From contig CAZTSR010000017.1 of the NCBI GenBank assembly GCA_964615995.1, positions 4,844 to 68,843 on the forward strand: 64,000 bases of DNA, written 5' to 3'. The position numbers and the translations under genes were made by a program. This document shows, one piece after another, positions 57,703-64,000 of the stretch. The stretch's first letter is position 1. Each line of letters opens with the position of its first letter. The notes beneath the pieces are model-generated. The model was not told the DNA's origin and searched no databases. It worked only from the letters and a program-made list of their open reading frames with translations. This stretch comes from an uncultured Bacteroidales bacterium. Lineage in GTDB: Bacteria > Bacteroidota > Bacteroidia > Bacteroidales > UBA10428.

Positions 57703-58272
57703 TTATATTTTACTAACAGCATATACTTCCATTTCAAATAGCAGGGTCTCCCAGCAGAGTCTTACCTGTATACCCGTACTGGCGGGTAAAGGATCCAGAT
57801 TCATCCAGTTGTAGAATGTTGTACGGATCTTGTTAAAATCGTCATAGTCACGTTCAATATCGCGAAGATAATTGGTTGTTCTAACCACATCGTGCCAGCT
57901 CATTCCTTCTGCATCCAGAAGTTTGGTTACATTACGGTAAGTTCTCCAAACCTGGGCTTTAAAATCTCCGATGTATTCAGCTTTTCCGTCTTCATTAACA
58001 CTGGCAGTACCTGAAATCAGCAGCACTTTGTAACCTCCAAAATCCAGACGAAGTGCTCTTGAAAATGAGGATGGCTTTTGATAATCAGAAGCTTCATTAA
58101 GCGTTCCCGGGATTGTTACGCGTTTTTTTTCGATTGGAGGACGTGTGGCATGTATTTCAGGCATTTTATATCCGGCAATTTCATTACCTGTTAAAATACC
58201 CAGTTTTTTCATTTCCTCACGCTCGTTCTCTGTAAGTCTGTTCAGATCAATTAGTATATTATTCTTATCCAT
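57703..58272 (-). CDS. YjgF/RidA-fold protein with a ~70-aa N-terminal extension (FkbO/Hyg5 chorismatase-like signature)
   Basis: 189 aa. The C-terminal ~120 aa have the RidA-fold pattern. The motif LLISGTASV resembles the ISGTAS signature I recall from chorismatases rather than the SGQ of canonical RidA. Confidence 0.6.
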   Translation of the reverse strand: MDKNNILIDLNRLTENEREEMKKLGILTGNEIAGYKMPEIHATRPPIEKKRVTIPGTLNEASDYQKPSSFSRALRLDFGGYKVLLISGTASVNEDGKAEYIGDFKAQVWRTYRNVTKLLDAEGMSWHDVVRTTNYLRDIERDYDDFNKIRTTFYNWMNLDPLPASTGIQVRLCWETLLFEMEVYAVSKI

Positions 58273-58312
58273 GATGTAAGCTGTTTTTATATTTTTAGTA
58301 TTATGTGTTTTC

Positions 58313-59497
58313 TTATTTGATTACTTCACCGCGACTTAAGCCGTTAGAAGTTGCGACCCAAACTACGTCACCTTTGGCCTCCGCATTAATTACGAAGCTG
58401 TGTGCAATACCAGGTGACTGTGGGATCACTTTTTTCTCTTCCCCGCTGGTAACAATGGCTACACCATTTCCATCATTCTCATTCCTTTTATATGTAACCC
58501 ATGATGTTCCGTCTGTGGTACTAAAACCTTTGTCGGTACAAGCGTATGCCACCCTGCCGTTTACTTTGACAAAATTCATAAAGTTGCTGGCCAGTCCGCT
58601 GTCATGATCAAAATAGCCTTTCCAGTTTTTTCCGTCATACCGTGACATTCCAAAATAGGATGATACCCACAAAATTCCATTGGCATATGCTGTTGCTGTA
58701 GTAATGTCGTGTACAGGACCGTCATCCGGAAGCAGATCAATTTCCATAAAACCATCAGGATCTATATAATCTCTGAAATGCTTTGTTTTTTTGTTATATT
58801 CTATAACTCCTCCCCCCCAAGCTGCAATATAAATTTTACCGTCTCCTTCACAAAGTGCGTATGTCCATGGTTCATGCATAGGCGCATTCATTTCGGTAAA
58901 AATTTCCCATTCTTTGGTAAATGTATCATAATGGCCTACTCCACCACCCGTGGCAACCCAAACATCTTTTCCGTCGCATACCACATTATAAACCAAATCA
59001 TTAGGCATTCCACTGTTGAGTTGGTCGAATTTTTCAAATTTGCCTGCAGACCACCTGTTTAAACCACCTAATGTGCCAATCCAAACATCTCCGGTAACAG
59101 GGCTAACATCAACTGAAACTATACCATTGTGTGCTAGTCCATCCTTAGTTGTATATGTTTTCCACTTCCCGTCCTCATAAACAGCCAAACCATGATGAGT
59201 TCCTGCAAAAACTCTTTCCCCATCAATCTTCACTGTATATACCCGGTTGGCAGGAAGTCCGTTTTTGGTAGTAAAATTCTTCCAGTTTCCATAAACCGGC
59301 ATTCCATGAGCCTCTTTTACCGATTTGGTAGAGGAGGGCCCAAAGACATAACTTCCATCGGCTTTGGAAGCTTCAGATGTATGCACTTCTTCCCCTGCGA
59401 CACCTCCGGGCGTCTTTTTAACCAGCAGGACAGTAACGACAATAGCTACTATAAGCACTGCTACGGCGACTAAATACTTTAAAGCTTTGGATTTCAT
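58313..59497 (-). CDS. Membrane-anchored beta-propeller protein ('two-component regulator propeller'-type repeats)
   Basis: 394 aa with an N-terminal TM anchor (YLVAVAVLIVAIVVTVLLV). It has repeated …GL..N.V..V…G.VW(V/I)(A/G)T..GL… blades. Confidence 0.75.
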   Translation of the reverse strand: MKSKALKYLVAVAVLIVAIVVTVLLVKKTPGGVAGEEVHTSEASKADGSYVFGPSSTKSVKEAHGMPVYGNWKNFTTKNGLPANRVYTVKIDGERVFAGTHHGLAVYEDGKWKTYTTKDGLAHNGIVSVDVSPVTGDVWIGTLGGLNRWSAGKFEKFDQLNSGMPNDLVYNVVCDGKDVWVATGGGVGHYDTFTKEWEIFTEMNAPMHEPWTYALCEGDGKIYIAAWGGGVIEYNKKTKHFRDYIDPDGFMEIDLLPDDGPVHDITTATAYANGILWVSSYFGMSRYDGKNWKGYFDHDSGLASNFMNFVKVNGRVAYACTDKGFSTTDGTSWVTYKRNENDGNGVAIVTSGEEKKVIPQSPGIAHSFVINAEAKGDVVWVATSNGLSRGEVIK

Positions 59498-59531
59498 AGA
59501 ATTAAATTAACAATGAATGGTTATTATTTTA

Positions 59532-61550
59532 TTATTTATTCTTGCTATCAAATTTTTCATACTCGGGAGAACGCAATGATTTTAAATACTCTACAAGAAA
59601 ATTAAGTTCCATTTTTGTGAGGTCATTAACGATTCCATGTTCTTCTGTTTTTCCATAATTGGTCCATATTTCCTCGAGTGTTTTGGCGCGGCCATCATGG
59701 AGATATGGTGAGGATGCATAAATATTATTCAGGTGCGGTGTATCAAACATAATGGAATCATCAGTAGCGGCAAGTGTTCCCACGTCAAACATTTTTTTAT
59801 TAGTATAATATGGTGCCGGATGACAAAACACACATCGGCCTTTATCAGGCAAAGGCTTCCCATAATTGTCGTGGGTACGTTCAAATATTGCTTTACCAAG
59901 CAACTGTTTTTGAGTTAATTGGCCATTTGGATTGTACAACAGATTTGGAGGGTTATCTATTCCGGTCATGATGTATGATGCCAATGCATCAAGATCATCA
60001 TAATTGAAAGGTTCATTCCTTGTAAGAACCGTGGAAAAACGCATTCCATCCTGTTTATAAACTGTGGCATTTTTCCCATTCCATTTATAGGGTGCGGTTT
60101 CACCTACTTCGCGAAGTGATTGCGTATTGGTAACGTTACGTCCCATATCTTTCGAGGCCATATTGTATGCAAGGCCGTCTTCGTGGGCGTCAGGATGACA
60201 CGTGTAACATGAGAACTGCGTTTGAAAAGTTCCCCCTGCATTATTCATAAGTCTTCTGCCCTGCCGGCCAACGGTTATTCTTCCCGGGCCTCCTAAATCA
60301 ATGGTTTTTTCGGTTTTGCAGGTTTCGGTATTAATAACACCTATACGATCTTCAAGATGTTCAGCAACATACAGCTTTTTTCCATCAGCAGAAAGTGCCA
60401 AACCTTTCGGATTGATTCCTGTGGGTATCCGCGCCATCATATACCTGTTGCTGATGCCCATATCGTTAGCATATAATTTGAGGGTTTCAGGATTTTTTTC
60501 AGTTAATACGGCACGTACAGAATCCACATCGATTACGGAAACAAAATCTACTCCTGCGCTGGAAATAAAAGCCCTTTTGCCGTCGGGACTCACTACAATA
60601 TCGAACGGATCAGCGAAATATCTGTTAGGTTCATCAATGAGTAATTCCACGACCCTTCCTCCTGGCTTCATTTCAATGACCCCAAACCCGTGTGTCATCA
60701 TCCAGCCCCTATCTACCTGAACTGTAGTAATATTATTTTTGGGCCTGATCATTGTAAAAAACGCAAGATCCCCAGATGGTGTAAAAGATATGTTTTCCAT
60801 CAAATAAGCCTGCTCAATGCCTTTTCTTTCAATAACAACATGTTTTTGATCATCAACCACCGTAATTTCACAATTAACAGCTTCATCATAAGGCAGGCTC
60901 ATAGTACGTCTGCTTGTAACCAGAAGTTTGCTTCCATCAGGAGTTGCTTCAATTCCTGTAGGGTTATTCCCGGTTGTTAACCGGCGAACTTCTTCCTTGG
61001 TTTTCAAGTCAATGACGGATAAGTTTGAAGAATAAGAATCCACAACATACAGAAAACCTCCATCAGCACTTAAAGCTAGTCCTGCAGGTCCGTCACCGGT
61101 GGCTATTGTATCAACGACTTCCAGTTCTTTCAGATCAATAACTGATACCGTATTGGACCATTGATTGCTCACATAAGCTCTCGATCCATCTTTATTCAGA
61201 ATAACACTGTGTGGACGTGTTCCTACCTTAATTTTTCTGACTACTTTATCTTTTTTTGAATCAACAACCAGAAGGACATTCCCTTCTTCAGCAACCACAT
61301 ACATTCTTTCTCCATTTTCAGAAACTGCCAGGTTGAACGGAGAATAATACTCTGTATTTGTAATATTATGTATCAAACCTGATTGTTGCATATGTAAATG
61401 GCAGGAAGCGCAATTCAGCGGATGATCTTCAACAGCGGTTTTTTCATTAACATGTGCTCTGGCCCAACGATGAAAAGACGGGTATTTGATTGCGATAATC
61501 AGGGCTAATGAAAGCACAATGGCCAGTGTAATTATGAGCGATTTTTTCAT
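59532..61550 (-). CDS. YVTN-type beta-propeller fused to a di-heme cytochrome c peroxidase/MauG-like domain, with an extra N-terminal heme site (3 CxxCH)
   Basis: 672 aa with an N-terminal anchor or signal. The CxxCH motifs are CASCH, CYTCH and CVFCH. Propeller repeats include (…RPHSVILNKDGSRAYVSNQWSNTVSVIDL…, …PAGLALSADGGFLYVVDSYSSNLSVIDL…). The C-terminal third is CCP-like (…PHLNNIYASSPYLHDG…). Confidence 0.85.
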   Translation of the reverse strand: MKKSLIITLAIVLSLALIIAIKYPSFHRWARAHVNEKTAVEDHPLNCASCHLHMQQSGLIHNITNTEYYSPFNLAVSENGERMYVVAEEGNVLLVVDSKKDKVVRKIKVGTRPHSVILNKDGSRAYVSNQWSNTVSVIDLKELEVVDTIATGDGPAGLALSADGGFLYVVDSYSSNLSVIDLKTKEEVRRLTTGNNPTGIEATPDGSKLLVTSRRTMSLPYDEAVNCEITVVDDQKHVVIERKGIEQAYLMENISFTPSGDLAFFTMIRPKNNITTVQVDRGWMMTHGFGVIEMKPGGRVVELLIDEPNRYFADPFDIVVSPDGKRAFISSAGVDFVSVIDVDSVRAVLTEKNPETLKLYANDMGISNRYMMARIPTGINPKGLALSADGKKLYVAEHLEDRIGVINTETCKTEKTIDLGGPGRITVGRQGRRLMNNAGGTFQTQFSCYTCHPDAHEDGLAYNMASKDMGRNVTNTQSLREVGETAPYKWNGKNATVYKQDGMRFSTVLTRNEPFNYDDLDALASYIMTGIDNPPNLLYNPNGQLTQKQLLGKAIFERTHDNYGKPLPDKGRCVFCHPAPYYTNKKMFDVGTLAATDDSIMFDTPHLNNIYASSPYLHDGRAKTLEEIWTNYGKTEEHGIVNDLTKMELNFLVEYLKSLRSPEYEKFDSKNK

Positions 61551-61551
61551 A

Positions 61552-62988
61552 CTATTCTAATTCGACTTCTTTTTCAAGAACTTCAGTAATAACCACGGGA
61601 ATAATCACAGGATCCTTTTTAATAGCAAGAGGAACAATGTTCTCAGGTGCCAGTTCAGGATTATCGTAAAAACTCACAACGCCTCGCCTTTCATTAGGAC
61701 GCAGCCACATCCAATTTCCTGGACCCAACACCACTTTTCCATTTTGATCCAGTGTCTGAATACGGAAAGGGGTATCGGCCATCACTTTAAGATAAATTGA
61801 TCCGTCTTTCTCTGCTTGCACAATGCCATAACTTGATTTTATACCCAAGACTTCTATACGGTCGGCTTTTCTGAAATCAACTGAAGGATGAAGAACTTGC
61901 TGAGTACTATAATTGAGGTCCAGACATACCAACAGTCCGGTTTTTACACCCATATCGACTTCACTGGGCAACTTTTTTGGACGATCATGCACGAGAACTT
62001 CAATGACGTCAGTCACATTCATTTTATCATTACTGTATATGCATTTGCCCAATTGTTCCTGAGCAATATCAAAGTCATAGATTGCAAATGGTTTATTTTC
62101 CACGGAGCATGACACCCATAATTGATCGGATGATGAAGGGAAAACAGCATTAAAACTGCCTGATATGTTTGATGAATGATTTTTCTTACTGGTGGATGGT
62201 CTGTTATAACTTATGGATAATATGTCACTTTGTTTCTTCAGTGTATCTGTTTCAACAAAGAATAGTCTGTCATGATTGCGTTCACGCATGCGATTTACCA
62301 GTATACATCCCGGATTTCCATCATAAAGCGGATCGGCTTTAGTTCCGTCGTGTCTCAAAACCATGTATGCCGGATCGTTTTTTACGGGCAGTAGCTGACG
62401 GACTATCGTAACCACACGACCATCCATGAGTACTACAGATCCAAAGCAATTTTGCGGTGAGAAGGTAATTTGTTTGATTTCACTTCCATCAATCCGTGAT
62501 GTAAACAGTTCATGCCGGTTACCCAATGAATCATCGGAAACTTCCATACTGTATACCAACTGATCCATGGGCAGGTATACCGGATCGGTGCAATTGTGAT
62601 CTGTATTGGTTATCTTATGAAAGGTGTTCTTATCGAGGTCCATTTCCCATATCTGCCAGAGATCATGCGCTTCCTTTTGTCCGGCAAAAAGTAGATGCCT
62701 GCCATCCCAGGATAAATCAGGAGAACAGGCTGAATAGAAGTCCTTTGTTAATATGACTTCTGAGGAAAGGTTATTTGGATCGACTGTAGCAATCTGTGAT
62801 CCTGAAATAAATCTCCATCCCTTACCATTTTTAAAATCAGGAGCAGTATTACTTGAAGGCGACAAAGTAACAATCAGCATACCATCCTGAATTTCAGATT
62901 TGCATGAAAACAAAAGGAGTGCGCACAACCCGGCAAAAGAAAATGAAAAAAACAAGCGTGAGATTTTCGTATTCATTGTTCTGCTCAA
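61552..62988 (-). CDS. TolB/PD40-like beta-propeller lipoprotein with a C-terminal beta-sandwich-like domain and no heme motif
   Basis: 478 aa with lipobox LLFSCKS. The PD40-like pattern is SPDLSWDGRHLLFAGQ…IWEMDLD…. The C-terminal TPFRIQTLDQNGKVVLGPGNWMWLRPNERRGVV resembles a motif that in homologs I recall is followed by C.GCHE. Here the CxxCH is absent. Confidence 0.7.
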   Translation of the reverse strand: MSRTMNTKISRLFFSFSFAGLCALLLFSCKSEIQDGMLIVTLSPSSNTAPDFKNGKGWRFISGSQIATVDPNNLSSEVILTKDFYSACSPDLSWDGRHLLFAGQKEAHDLWQIWEMDLDKNTFHKITNTDHNCTDPVYLPMDQLVYSMEVSDDSLGNRHELFTSRIDGSEIKQITFSPQNCFGSVVLMDGRVVTIVRQLLPVKNDPAYMVLRHDGTKADPLYDGNPGCILVNRMRERNHDRLFFVETDTLKKQSDILSISYNRPSTSKKNHSSNISGSFNAVFPSSSDQLWVSCSVENKPFAIYDFDIAQEQLGKCIYSNDKMNVTDVIEVLVHDRPKKLPSEVDMGVKTGLLVCLDLNYSTQQVLHPSVDFRKADRIEVLGIKSSYGIVQAEKDGSIYLKVMADTPFRIQTLDQNGKVVLGPGNWMWLRPNERRGVVSFYDNPELAPENIVPLAIKKDPVIIPVVITEVLEKEVELE

Positions 62989-64000
62989 TTACTGTTCTTT
63001 AATGTCAATGATTTGGTTGGCCTTAATATTTGACAGCACCTGCACTTTTCCTGATGGCCATTTCACTTCAATTTTTCCTGCGATATCATTTTTTGCCAAT
63101 CCAAAATGCAATCTCGGATCATTTTGTGAAAGGTATCCGACTGTGCTTTTCTTTTGGTTTACCTGGGTTTTACCACCTGAAGTCACTCTTACAATAGCTC
63201 CAATACCATCATGGTTACTGGTAGTACCTTTCAGGTTTATAGTAATCCAGTTATTCTGGTTTCCTTTGTTATTTCTAAGAAACCTACAATGGTCGTTGAG
63301 ATTCACGATAAACACATCCAAATCGCCGTCATTGTCATAATCGCCGATGCAACTTCCCCTGCCTACATATTCCTTGCTAAAATAGGATCCCAGCTCAATT
63401 GAAATTTCATTAAACTTGCCGTCTCCCTCATTACTAAATAACTGGGATTCCTGACCGTATAAATGCTTCAGAGCACCATTGGTTTTATAAATATCTACAT
63501 CGCCATCATTGTCATAATCCATAAAGGAGGATGACCAACCAACAAATTGAGCCGCCTTTGATGAGATCCCGGAAGACATGGCTTTATCAGCAAAGACACC
63601 ATTTCCCGCGTTCTCATAAAGAGAGCAATAGGTGTCATCAGACACAAAAATATCCAGAAGCTGGTCACCATTATAATCCGCAAAATCCACAGACATACTC
63701 ACGGTGGCCTCGCCACCCTGACTAAAAGCTGTACCTGATTTGGTTCCGATATCAACAAATTTTTTACCCCCTTCATTATGCCATAAATAGTTCAAAGTAT
63801 GGTCATTCGCAATATAGATATCTACAAATCCGTCCTCATCAACATCTGCAGCACCTACGCCCATGGCACGACCATCAACGTCTGCGATGCCAACTTCTTT
63901 TGTAACATCGGTAAATGTTCCGTCACCATTATTGTGATATAGAAAATCCGGCTGACTCTCATAAGCCATGGGTGGCGGGAAACCATCAGGAGCATAGAAA
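62989..64000 (-). CDS. FG-GAP/VCBS-repeat protein with an ASPIC/UnbV C-terminal domain (CRTAC1-like). The N-terminus lies beyond the window edge.
   Basis: The ORF track starts at an internal Met (63969), but the frame stays open to nt 64000 (…FYAPDGFPPP-MAYESQ…). It has DxDxDG loops and a C-terminal NNWITINLKGTTSNHDGIGA…LHFGLA…IEVKWPSG. There are 0 nt between its stop and the next start. Confidence 0.85.
   Translation of the reverse strand, partial: FYAPDGFPPPMAYESQPDFLYHNNGDGTFTDVTKEVGIADVDGRAMGVGAADVDEDGFVDIYIANDHTLNYLWHNEGGKKFVDIGTKSGTAFSQGGEATVSMSVDFADYNGDQLLDIFVSDDTYCSLYENAGNGVFADKAMSSGISSKAAQFVGWSSSFMDYDNDGDVDIYKTNGALKHLYGQESQLFSNEGDGKFNEISIELGSYFSKEYVGRGSCIGDYDNDGDLDVFIVNLNDHCRFLRNNKGNQNNWITINLKGTTSNHDGIGAIVRVTSGGKTQVNQKKSTVGYLSQNDPRLHFGLAKNDIAGKIEVKWPSGKVQVLSNIKANQIIDIKEQ

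Overview
This is a moderately AT-rich chromosomal segment that looks like Bacteroidota. The evidence is a T9SS C-terminal sorting domain, TAnnTTTG-type -7 boxes, an 11-subunit nuo operon without nuoEFG, HmuY/TonB-receptor genes and many lipoproteins. I see no CRISPR array, rRNA, transposase, integrase or phage genes.

Gene content from left to right:
- 1-14.7 kb: housekeeping and envelope genes. These are an S41 peptidase, a Gfo/Idh/MocA-pdxB-gnd operon, small secreted proteins, an ankyrin/beta-barrel protein, a class II photolyase, a LysM-PBP1 protein, a GpgS-like glycosyltransferase with sugE, and MaoC.
- 14.7-21.3 kb: an M13 peptidase, tRNA-Ser(CGA), a GHMP-kinase/galU pair and a ZIP transporter.
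- 21.3-35.2 kb: a bioenergetic block with nuoABCDHIJKLMN, NDH-2 and a divergent membrane pyrophosphatase.
- 35.8-41.1 kb: a regulatory island with a REC-histidine kinase hybrid, an OmpR-type regulator, an ECF-like sigma factor and a Cys-rich soluble kinase.
- 41.6-45.7 kb: an HmuY-like/TonB receptor/HmuY-like operon.
- 45.6-64.0 kb: 13 tightly packed minus-strand genes that run off the right edge.

Two things stand out.
1. The 13-gene cluster mixes exported FG-GAP/ASPIC (CRTAC1-like) proteins, three beta-propeller proteins and cytoplasmic enzymes. One propeller protein is fused to a tri-heme peroxidase/MauG-like module. It is immediately preceded (1-bp gap) by a heme-less TolB-like propeller lipoprotein, and this subunit layout resembles hydrazine synthase. 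The cytoplasmic enzymes are a radical-SAM enzyme translationally coupled to an Asn-synthetase-like ATP-amidoligase, a stand-alone DAHP synthase between two orphan PBP1 binding proteins, and a RidA/FkbO-like protein.
2. Many intergenic regions are built from a small shared set of 7-9 bp tandem repeat words. These include two colinear inverted mosaics that bracket the ZIP transporter gene.

All functional calls come from motif recognition by eye. No database search was possible.
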